Positions 10,101 through 21,813 of a DNA stretch of 64,000 bases are shown here, piece by piece. The translations under genes and the position numbers were made by a program. Below the pieces are notes generated by a model that did no database searches, was not told where the DNA came from, and worked only from the letters and a program-made list of their open reading frames with translations. Within the stretch, counting starts at the first letter, position 1. Each line of letters starts with the position of its first letter. The DNA is from the human T2T-CHM13v2.0 reference genome, Homo sapiens. The stretch lies in NCBI RefSeq assembly GCF_009914755.1, contig NC_060942.1; one strand, 5' to 3'.

Positions 10101-13100
10101 ATGTTTGCATTCAAGTCACAGAGTAGAACATTCCCTTTGGTAGAGCAGGTTTGAAACACTCTTTTTTTAGTATATGGAAGTGGACATTTGGAGCGCTTTC
10201 AGGCCTACGTTGGAAAAGGAAATATCTTCCCATAACAACTAGACAGAAGCATTCTCAGAAACTAGTTTCTGATGTGTGTCCTCAACTAACACAGTTGTAC
10301 ATTTCTTTAGACAGAACAGTTTTGAAACACTCTTTTTGTGGAATCTGCAAGTGGATATTTGGCTAGATTTGAGGATTTCGTTGGAAACGGGATTACATAT
10401 AAAAAGCAGACAGCAGCATTCTCAGAAAGTTCTTTGTGATGATTGCATTCAAGTCACAGAATTGAACATTCCCTTTCACAGAGCAGGTTTGAAACACTCT
10501 TTTTGTAGTGTGTGTAAGTGGACATTTGGAGCGCTTTCCGGCCTAAGGTGAAAAAGGAAATATCTTCCCATAAAAACTAGACAGAATCATTCTCAGAAAC
10601 TTACTCGTGATGTGTGTCCTCAACTAAAGGAGTAGAACCTTTCTATTCATAGAGAAGTTTTGAAACGCTCTTTTTGTGGAATCTCCAAGTGGATATTTGG
10701 CTAGTTTTGAGGATTTCATTGGAAGCGGGAATTCACACAAATTGCAGACTGCAGCGATCTGAGAAACATCTTTGTGATGTTTGTATTCAGGACACAGAGA
10801 TGAACATTCCCTATCATAGAGCAGGTTGGAATCACTCCTTTTGTAGTATCTGGAAGTGGACATTTGGAGCGCTTTCAGGCCTATGTTGAAAAAGGAAATA
10901 TCTTCCCATAACAACTAGACACAAGCATTCTCAGAAACTTGTTTGTGATGTGTGCCCTCTACTGACAGAGTTGAACCTTTCTTTTCATAGAGCAGTTTTG
11001 AAACACTCTTTTTGTAGAATCTGCAAGAGGATATTTGCATAGCTTTGAGGATTTCGTGGGAAACGGGATTGTCTTCAGGTAAAATCTAGACAGAAGCATT
11101 CTCAGAAACTTCTTTGGGATGTTTGCATTCAAGTCACAGAGTAGAACATTCCCTTTGGTAGAGCAGGTTTGAAACCCTCTTTTTGTAGTATCTGGAAGTG
11201 GACATTTGGAGCGCTTTCAGGCCCATGTTGGAAAGGGAAATATCTTCCCGTAACAACTAGGCAGAAGCATTCTCAGAAACTTATTTGAGATGTGTGTACT
11301 CAACTAAGAGAATTGAACCACCGTTTTGAAGGAGCAGTTTTGAAACCCTCTTTTTCTGGAATCTGCAAGAGTATATTTGCCTAGCCTTGAGGATTTCGTT
11401 GGAAACGGGATTGTCTTCAGATAAAATCTAGACAGAAGCATTCTCAGAAACTTCTTTGGGATGTTTGCATTCAAGTCACAGAGTAGAACATTCCCTTTGG
11501 TAGAGCAGGTTTGAAACACTCTTTTTTTAGTATATGGAAGTGGACATTTGGAGCGCTTTCAGGCCTACGTTGGAAAAGGAAATATCTTCCCATAACAACT
11601 AGACAGAAGCATTCTCAGAAACTAGTTTCTGATGTGTGTCCTCAACTAACACAGTTGAACTTTTCTTTACACAGAACAGTTTTGAAACACTCTTTTTGTG
11701 GAATCTGCAAGTGGATATTTGGCTAGATTTGAGGATTTCGTTGGAAACGGGATTACATATAAAAAGCAGACAGCAGCATTCTCAGAAAGTTCTTTGTGAT
11801 GATTGCATTCAAGTCACAGAATTGAACATTCCCTTTCACAGAGCAGGTTTGAAACACTCTTTTTGTAGTGTGTGTAAGTGGACATTTGGAGCGCTTTCCG
11901 GCCTAAGGTGAAAAAGGAAATATCTTCCCATAAAAACTAGACAGAAGAATTCTCAGAATCTTACTCGTGATGTGTGTCCTCAACTAAAGGAGTAGAACCT
12001 TTCTATTCATAGAGAAGTTTTCAAACGCTCTTTTTGTGGAATCTCCAAGTGGATATTTGGCTAGTTTTGAGGATTTCGTTGGAAGCGGGAATTCATACAA
12101 ATTGCAGACTGCAGCGTTATGAGAAACATCTTTGTGATGTTTGTATTCAGGACACAGAGATGAACATTCCCTATCATAGAGCAGGTTGGAATCACTCCTT
12201 TTGTAGTATCTGGAAGTGGACATTTGGAGCGCTTTCAGGCCTATGTTGAAAAAGGAAATATCTTCCCATAACAACTAGACACAAGCATTCTCAGAAACTT
12301 GTTTGTGATGTGTGCCCTCTACTGACAGAGTTGAACCTTTCTTTTCATAGAGCAGTTTTGAAACACTCTTTTTGTAGAATCTGCAACAGGATATTTGCAT
12401 AGCTTTGAGGATTTCGTGGGAAATGGGATTGTCTTCAGGTAAAATCTAGACAGAAGCATTCTCAGAAACTCCTTTGGGATGTTTGCATTCAAGTCACAGA
12501 GTAGAACATTCCCTTTGGTAGAGCAGGTTTGAAACCCTCCTTTTGTAGTATCTGGAAGTGGACATTTGGAGCGCTTTCAGGCCCATGTTGGAAAGGGAAA
12601 TATCTTCCCGTAACAACTAGGCAGAAGCATTCTCAGAAACTTATTTGAGATGTGTGTACTCAATTAAGAGAATTGAACCACCGTTTTGAAGGAGCAGTTT
12701 TGAAACACTCTTTTTCTGGAATCTGCAAGAGGATATTTGCCTAGCCTTGAGGATTTCGTTGGAAACGGGATTGTCTTCAGATAAAATCTAGACGGAAGCA
12801 TTCTCAGAAACTTCTTTGGGATGTTTGCATTCAAGTCACAGAGTAGAACATTCCCTTTGGTAGAGCAGGTTTGAAACACTCTTTTTTTAGTATATGGAAG
12901 TGGACATTTGGACCGCTTTCAGGCCTACGTTGGAAAAGGAAATATCTTCACATAACAACTAGACAGAAGCATTCTCAGAAACTAGTTTCTGATGTGTGTC
13001 CTCAACTAACACAGTTGAACTTTTCTTTAGACAGAACAGTTTTGAAACACTCTTTTTGTGGAATCTGCAAGTGGATATTTGGCTAGATTTGAGGATTTCG

Positions 13101-13307
13101 TTGGAAACGGGATTACATATAAAAAGCAGACAGCAGCATTCTCAGAAAGTTCTTTGTGATGATTGCATTCAAGTCACAGAATTGAACATTCCCTTTCACA
13201 GAGCAGGTTTGAAACCCTCTTTTTGTAGTGTGTGTAAGTGGACATTTGGAGCGCTTTCCGGCCTAAGGTGAAAAAGGAAATATCTTCCCATAAAAACTAG
13301 ACAGAAG

Positions 13308-15009
13308 CATTCTCAGAAACTTACTCGTGATGTGTGTCCTCAACTAAAGGAGTAGAACCTTTCTATTCATAGAGAAGTTTTGAAACGCTCTTTTTGTGGA
13401 ATCTCCAAGTGGATATTTGGCTAGTTTTGAGGATTTCATTGGAAGCGGGAATTCACACAAATTGCAGACTGCAGCGTTCTGAGAAACATCTTTGTGATGT
13501 TTGTATTCAGGACACAGAGATGAACATTCCCTATCATAGAGCAGGTTGGAATCACTCCTTTTGTAGTATCTGGAAGTGGACATTTGGAGCGCTTTCAGGC
13601 CTATGTTGAAAAAGGAAATATCTTCCCATAACAACTAGACACAAGCATTCTCAGAAACTTGTTTGTGATGTGTGCCCTCTACTGACAGAGTTGAACCTTT
13701 CTTTTCATAGAGCAGTTTTGAAACACTCTTTTTGTAGAATCTGCAAGAGGATATTTGCATAGCTTTGAGGATTTCGTGGGAAACGGGATTGTCTTCAGGT
13801 AAAATCTAGACAGAAGCATTCTCAGAAACTTCTTTGCGACGTTTGCATTCAAGTCACAGAGTAGAACATTCCCTTTGGTAGAGCAGGTTTGAAACCCTCT
13901 TTTTGTAGTATCTGGAAGTGGACATTTGGAGCGCTTTCAGGCCCATGTTGGAAAGGGAAATATCTTCCCGTAGCAACAAGGCAGAAGCATTCTCAGAAAC
14001 TTATTTGAGATGTGTGTACTCAACTAAGAGAATTGAACCACCGTTTTGAAGGAGCAGTTTTGAAACACTCTTTTTCTGGAATCTGCAAGAGTATATTTGC
14101 CTAGCCTTGAGGATTTCGTTGGAAACGGGATTGTTTTCAGATCAAATCTAGACAGAAGCATTCTCAGAAACTTCTTTGCGATGTTTGCATTCAAGTCACA
14201 GAGTAGAACATTCCCTTTGGTAGAGCAGGTTTGAAACCCTCTTTTTGTAGTATCTGGAAGTGGACATTTGGAGCGCTTTCAGGCCCATGTTGGAAAGGGA
14301 AATATCTTCCCGTAACAACTAGGCAGAATCATTCTCAGAAACTTATTTGAGATGTGTGTACTCAACTAAGAGAATTGAACCACCGTTTTGAAGGAGCAGT
14401 TTTGAAACACTCTTTTTCTGGAATCTGCAAGAGTATATTTGCCTAGCCTTGAGGATTTCGTTGGAAACGGGATTGTCTTCAGATCAAATCTAGACAGAAG
14501 CATTCTCAGAAACTTCTTTGCGATGTTTGCATTCAAGTCACAGAGTAGAACATTCCCTTTGGTAGAGCAGGTTTGAAACACTCTTTTTTTAGTATATGGA
14601 AGTGGACATTTGGAGCGCTTTCAGGCCTACGTTGGAAAAGGAAATATCTTCCCATAACAACTAGACAGAAGCATTCTCAGAAACTAGTTTCTGATGTGTG
14701 TCCTCAACTAACACAGTTGAACTTTTCTTTAGACAGAACAGTTTTGAAACACTCTTTTTGTGGAATCTGCAAGTGGATATTTGGCTAGATTTGAGGATTT
14801 CGTTGGAAACGGGATTACATATAAAAAGCAGACAGCAGCATTCTCAGAAAGTTCTTTGTGATGATTGCATTCAAGTCACAGAATTGAACATTCCCTTTCA
14901 CAGAGCAGGTTTGAAACACTCTTTTTGTAGTGTGTGTAAGTGGACATTTGGAGCGCTTTCCGGCCTAAGGTGAAAAAGGAAATATCTTCCCATAAAAACT
15001 AGACAGAAT
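13308..15009 (+). repeat. 10-mer variant (A-B-C-C-D, 1702 bp)
   Basis: EcoRI 13449 to 15151 = 1702; extra 342-bp dimer made of a C-type first monomer and a B-type second monomer. Confidence 0.9.
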
Positions 15010-17391
15010 CATTCTCAGAAACTTACTCGTGATGTGTGTCCTCAACTAAAGGAGTAGAACCTTTCTATTCATAGAGAAGTTTTGAAACGCTCTTTTTGTG
15101 GAATCTCCAAGTGGATATTTGGCTAGTTTTGAGGATTTCATTGGAAGCGGGAATTCACACAAATTGCAGACTGCAGCGATCTGAGAAACATCTTTGTGAT
15201 GTTTGTATTCAGGACACAGAGATGAACATTCCCTATCATAGAGCAGGTTGGAATCACTCCTTTTGTAGTATCTGGAAGTGGACATTTGGAGCGCTTTCAG
15301 GCCTATGTTGAAAAAGGAAATATCTTCCCATAACAACTAGACACAAGCATTCTCAGAAACTTGTTTGTGATGTGTGCCCTCTACTGACAGAGTTGAACCT
15401 TTCTTTTCATAGAGCAGTTTTGAAACACTCTTTTTGTAGAATCTGCAAGAGGATATTTGCATAGCTTTGAGGATTTCGTGGGAAACGGGATTGTCTTCAG
15501 GTAAAATCTAGACAGAAGTATTCTCAGAAACTTCTTTGGGATGTTTGCATTCAAGTCACAGAGTAGAACATTCCCTTTGGTAGAGCAGGTTTGAAACCCT
15601 CTTTTTGTAGTATCTGGAAGTGGACATTTGGAGCGCTTTCAGGCCCATGTTGGAAAGGGAAATATCTTCCCGTAACAACTAGGCAGAAGCATTCTCAGAA
15701 ACTTATTTGAGATGTGTGTACTCAACTAAGAGCATTGAACCACCGTTTTGAAGGAGCAGTTTTGAAACACTCTTTTTGTGGTATCTGCAAGAGTATATTT
15801 GCCTAGCCTTGAGGATTTCGTTGGAAACGGGATTGTCTTCACATAAAATCTAGACAGAAGCATTCTCAGAAACTTCTTTGGGATGTTTGCATTCAAGTCA
15901 CAGACTAGAACATTCCCTTTGGTAGAACAGTTTTGAAACACTCTTTTTTTAGTATATGGAAGTGGACATTTGGAGCGCTTTCAGGCCTACGTTGGAAAAG
16001 GAAATATCTTCCCATAACAAATAGACAGAAGCATTCTCAGAAACTAGTTTCTGATGTGTGTCCTCAACTAACACAGTTGAACTTTTCTTTAGACAGAACA
16101 GTTTTGAAACACTCTTTTTGTGGAATCTGCAAGTGGATATTTGGCTAGATTTGAGGATTTCGTTGGAAACGGGATTACATATAAAAAGCAGACAGCAGCA
16201 TTCTCAGAAAGTTCTTTGTGATGATTGCATTCAAGTCACAGAATTGAACATTCCCTTTCACAGAGCAGGTTTGAAACACTCTTTTTGTAGTGTGTGTAAG
16301 TGGACATTTGGAGCGCTTTCAGGCCTATGTTGAAAAAGGAAATATCTTCCCATAACAACTAGACACAAGCATTCTCAGAAACTTGTTTGTGATGTGTTCC
16401 CTCTACTGACACAGTTGAACCTTTCTTTTCATAGAGCAGTTTTGAAACACTCTTTTTGTAGAATCTGCAACAGGATATTTGCATAGCTTTGAGGATTTCG
16501 TGGGAAACGGGATTGTCTTCAGGTAAAATCTAGACAGAAGCATTCTCAGAAACTTCTTTGGGATGTTTGCATTCAAGTCACAGAGTAGAACATTCCCTTT
16601 GGTAGAGCAGGTTTGAAACACTCTTTTTGTAGTATCTGGAAGTGGACATTTGGAGCGCTTTCAGGCCCATGTTGGAAAGGGAAATATCTTCCCGTAACAA
16701 CTAGGCAGAAGCATTCTCAGAAACATATTTGAGATGTGTGTACTCAACTAAGAGAATTGAACCACCGTTTTGAAGGAGCAGTTTTGAAACACTCTTTTTC
16801 TGGAATCTGCAAGAGTATATTTGCCTAGCCTTGAGGATTTCGTTGGAAACGGGATTGTCTTCAGATAAAATGTAGACAGAAGCATTCTCAGAAACTTCTT
16901 TGGGATGTTTGCATTCAAGTCACAGAGTAGAACATTCCCTTTGGTAGAGCAGGTTTGAAACAATCTTTTTTTAGTATATGGAAGTGGACATTTGGAGCGC
17001 TTTCAGGCCTACGTTGGAAAAGGGAATATCTTCCCATAACAACTAGACAGAAACATTCTCAGAAACTAGTTTCTGATGTGTGTCCTCAACTAACACAGTT
17101 GTACATTTCTTTAGACAGAACAGTTATGAAACACTCTTTTTGTGGAATCTGCAAGTGGCTATTTGGCTAGATTTGAGGATTTCGTTGGAAACGGGATTAC
17201 ATATAAAAAGCAGTCAGCAGCATTCTCAGATAGTTCTTTGTGATGATTGCATTCAAGTCACAGAATTGAAAATTCCCTTTCACAGAGCAGGTTTGAAACA
17301 CGCTTTTTGTAGTGTGTGTAAGTGGACATTTGGAGCACTTTCCGGCCTAAGGTGAAAAAGGAAATATCTTCCCATAAAAACTAGACAGAAG
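15010..17391 (+). repeat. 14-monomer variant (A-B-C-D/B-C-D, 2382 bp): 8-mer followed by a 6-mer lacking the A dimer
   Basis: EcoRI 15151 to 17533 = 2382 = 1360+1022; D-to-A hybrid monomer at ~16290-16370. Confidence 0.9.
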
Positions 17392-20111
17392 CATTCTCAG
17401 AAACTTACTCGTGATGTGTGTCCTCAACTAAAGGAGTAGAAACTTTCTTTTCATAGAGAAGTTTTGAAACGCTCTTTTTGTGGAATCTGCAAGTGGATAT
17501 TTGGCTAGTTTTGAGGATTTCGTTGGAAGCTGGAATTCATACAAATTGCAGACTGCAGCGTTCTGAGAAACATCTTTGTGATGTTTGTATTCAGGACACA
17601 GAGATGAACATTCCCTATCATAGAGCAGGTTGGAATCACTCCTTTTGTAGTATCTGGAAGTGGACATTTGGAGCGCTTTCAGGCCTATGTTGAAAAAGGA
17701 AATATCTTCCCATAACAACTAGACACAAGCATTCTCAGAAACTTGTTTGTGATGTGTGCCCTCTACTGACAGAGTTGAACCTTTCTTTTCATAGAGCAGT
17801 TTTGAAACACTCTTTTTGTAGAATCTGCAAGAGGATATTTGCATAGCTTTGAGGATTTCGTGGGAAACGGGATTGTCTTCAGGTAAAATCTAGACAGAAG
17901 CATTCTCAGAAACTTCTTTGGGATGTTTGCATTCAAGTCACAGAGTAGAACATTCCCTTTGGTAGAGCAGGTTTGAAACCCTCTTTTTGTAGTATCTGGA
18001 AGTGGACATTTGGAGCGCTTTCAGGCCCATGTTGGAAAGGGAAATATCTTCCCGTAACAACTAGGCAGAAGCATTCTCAGAAACTTATTTGAGATGTGTG
18101 TACTCAACTAAGAGAATTGAACCACCGTTTTGAAGGAGCAGTTTTGAAACCCTCTTTTTCTGGAATCTGCAAGAGTATATTTGCCTAGCCTTGAGGATTT
18201 CGTTGGAAACGGGATTGTCTTCAGATAAAATCTAGACAGAAGCATTCTCAGAAACTTCTTTGGGATGTTTGCATTCAAGTCACAGAGTAGAACATTCCCT
18301 TTGGTAGAGCAGGTTTGAAACACTCTTTTTTTAGTATATGGAAGTGGACATTTGGAGCGCTTTCAGGCCTACGTTGGAAAAGGAAATATCTTCCCATAAC
18401 AACTAGACAGAAGCATTCTCAGAAACTAGTTTCTGATGTGTGTCCTCAACTAACACAGTTGAACTTTTCTTTACACAGAACAGTTTTGAAACACTCTTTT
18501 TGTGGAATCTGCAAGTGGATATTTGGCTAGATTTGAGGATTTCGTTGGAAACGGGATTACATATAAAAAGCAGACAGCAGCATTCTCAGAAAGTTCTTTG
18601 TGATGATTGCATTCAAGTCACAGAATTGAACATTCCCTTTCACAGAGCAGGTTTGAAACACTCTTTTTGTAGTGTGTGTAAGTGGACATTTGGAGCGCTT
18701 TCCGGCCTAAGGTGAAAAAGGAAATATCTTCCCATAAAAACTAGACAGAAGAATTCTCAGAATCTTACTCGTGATGTGTGTCCTCAACTAAAGGAGTAGA
18801 ACCTTTCTATTCATAGAGAAGTTTTCAAACGCTCTTTTTGTGGAATCTCCAAGTGGATATTTGGCTAGTTTTGAGGATTTCGTTGGAAGCGGGAATTCAT
18901 ACAAATTGCAGACTGCAGCGTTATGAGAAACATCTTTGTGATGTTTGTATTCAGGACACAGAGATGAACATTCCCTATCATAGAGCAGGTTGGAATCACT
19001 CCTTTTGTAGTATCTGGAAGTGGACATTTGGAGCGCTTTCAGGCCTATGTTGAAAAAGGAAATATCTTCCCATAACAACTAGACACAAGCATTCTCAGAA
19101 ACTTGTTTGTGATGTGTGCCCTCTACTGACAGAGTTGAACCTTTCTTTTCATAGAGCAGTTTTGAAACACTCTTTTTGTAGAATCTGCAACAGGATATTT
19201 GCATAGCTTTGAGGATTTCGTGGGAAATGGGATTGTCTTCAGGTAAAATCTAGACAGAAGCATTCTCAGAAACTCCTTTGGGATGTTTGCATTCAAGTCA
19301 CAGAGTAGAACATTCCCTTTGGTAGAGCAGGTTTGAAACCCTCCTTTTGTAGTATCTGGAAGTGGACATTTGGAGCGCTTTCAGGCCCATGTTGGAAAGG
19401 GAAATATCTTCCCGTAACAACTAGGCAGAAGCATTCTCAGAAACTTATTTGAGATGTGTGTACTCAATTAAGAGAATTGAACCACCGTTTTGAAGGAGCA
19501 GTTTTGAAACACTCTTTTTCTGGAATCTGCAAGAGGATATTTGCCTAGCCTTGAGGATTTCGTTGGAAACGGGATTGTCTTCAGATAAAATCTAGACGGA
19601 AGCATTCTCAGAAACTTCTTTGGGATGTTTGCATTCAAGTCACAGAGTAGAACATTCCCTTTGGTAGAGCAGGTTTGAAACACTCTTTTTTTAGTATATG
19701 GAAGTGGACATTTGGACCGCTTTCAGGCCTACGTTGGAAAAGGAAATATCTTCACATAACAACTAGACAGAAGCATTCTCAGAAACTAGTTTCTGATGTG
19801 TGTCCTCAACTAACACAGTTGAACTTTTCTTTAGACAGAACAGTTTTGAAACACTCTTTTTGTGGAATCTGCAAGTGGATATTTGGCTAGATTTGAGGAT
19901 TTCGTTGGAAACGGGATTACATATAAAAAGCAGACAGCAGCATTCTCAGAAAGTTCTTTGTGATGATTGCATTCAAGTCACAGAATTGAACATTCCCTTT
20001 CACAGAGCAGGTTTGAAACCCTCTTTTTGTAGTGTGTGTAAGTGGACATTTGGAGCGCTTTCCGGCCTAAGGTGAAAAAGGAAATATCTTCCCATAAAAA
20101 CTAGACAGAAG

Positions 20112-21813
20112 CATTCTCAGAAACTTACTCGTGATGTGTGTCCTCAACTAAAGGAGTAGAACCTTTCTATTCATAGAGAAGTTTTGAAACGCTCTTTTTG
20201 TGGAATCTCCAAGTGGATATTTGGCTAGTTTTGAGGATTTCATTGGAAGCGGGAATTCACACAAATTGCAGACTGCAGCGTTCTGAGAAACATCTTTGTG
20301 ATGTTTGTATTCAGGACACAGAGATGAACATTCCCTATCATAGAGCAGGTTGGAATCACTCCTTTTGTAGTATCTGGAAGTGGACATTTGGAGCGCTTTC
20401 AGGCCTATGTTGAAAAAGGAAATATCTTCCCATAACAACTAGACACAAGCATTCTCAGAAACTTGTTTGTGATGTGTGCCCTCTACTGACAGAGTTGAAC
20501 CTTTCTTTTCATAGAGCAGTTTTGAAACACTCTTTTTGTAGAATCTGCAAGAGGATATTTGCATAGCTTTGAGGATTTCGTGGGAAACGGGATTGTCTTC
20601 AGGTAAAATCTAGACAGAAGCATTCTCAGAAACTTCTTTGCGACGTTTGCATTCAAGTCACAGAGTAGAACATTCCCTTTGGTAGAGCAGGTTTGAAACC
20701 CTCTTTTTGTAGTATCTGGAAGTGGACATTTGGAGCGCTTTCAGGCCCATGTTGGAAAGGGAAATATCTTCCCGTAGCAACAAGGCAGAAGCATTCTCAG
20801 AAACTTATTTGAGATGTGTGTACTCAACTAAGAGAATTGAACCACCGTTTTGAAGGAGCAGTTTTGAAACACTCTTTTTCTGGAATCTGCAAGAGTATAT
20901 TTGCCTAGCCTTGAGGATTTCGTTGGAAACGGGATTGTTTTCAGATCAAATCTAGACAGAAGCATTCTCAGAAACTTCTTTGCGATGTTTGCATTCAAGT
21001 CACAGAGTAGAACATTCCCTTTGGTAGAGCAGGTTTGAAACCCTCTTTTTGTAGTATCTGGAAGTGGACATTTGGAGCGCTTTCAGGCCCATGTTGGAAA
21101 GGGAAATATCTTCCCGTAACAACTAGGCAGAATCATTCTCAGAAACTTATTTGAGATGTGTGTACTCAACTAAGAGAATTGAACCACCGTTTTGAAGGAG
21201 CAGTTTTGAAACACTCTTTTTCTGGAATCTGCAAGAGTATATTTGCCTAGCCTTGAGGATTTCGTTGGAAACGGGATTGTCTTCAGATCAAATCTAGACA
21301 GAAGCATTCTCAGAAACTTCTTTGCGATGTTTGCATTCAAGTCACAGAGTAGAACATTCCCTTTGGTAGAGCAGGTTTGAAACACTCTTTTTTTAGTATA
21401 TGGAAGTGGACATTTGGAGCGCTTTCAGGCCTACGTTGGAAAAGGAAATATCTTCCCATAACAACTAGACAGAAGCATTCTCAGAAACTAGTTTCTGATG
21501 TGTGTCCTCAACTAACACAGTTGAACTTTTCTTTAGACAGAACAGTTTTGAAACACTCTTTTTGTGGAATCTGCAAGTGGATATTTGGCTAGATTTGAGG
21601 ATTTCGTTGGAAACGGGATTACATATAAAAAGCAGACAGCAGCATTCTCAGAAAGTTCTTTGTGATGATTGCATTCAAGTCACAGAATTGAACATTCCCT
21701 TTCACAGAGCAGGATTGAAACACTCTTTTTGTAGTGTGTGTAAGTGGACATTTGGAGCGCTTTCCGGCCTAAGGTGAAAAAGGAAATATCTTCCCATAAA
21801 AACTAGACAGAAG
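20112..21813 (+). repeat. 10-mer variant (A-B-C-C-D, 1702 bp), copy of 13308-15009
   Basis: Same structure and the same private SNVs (CTTTGCGAC, CCCGTAGCAACAAG, GATTGTTTTCAGATC, GGCAGAATCATT) at offset 6804. Confidence 0.9.
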
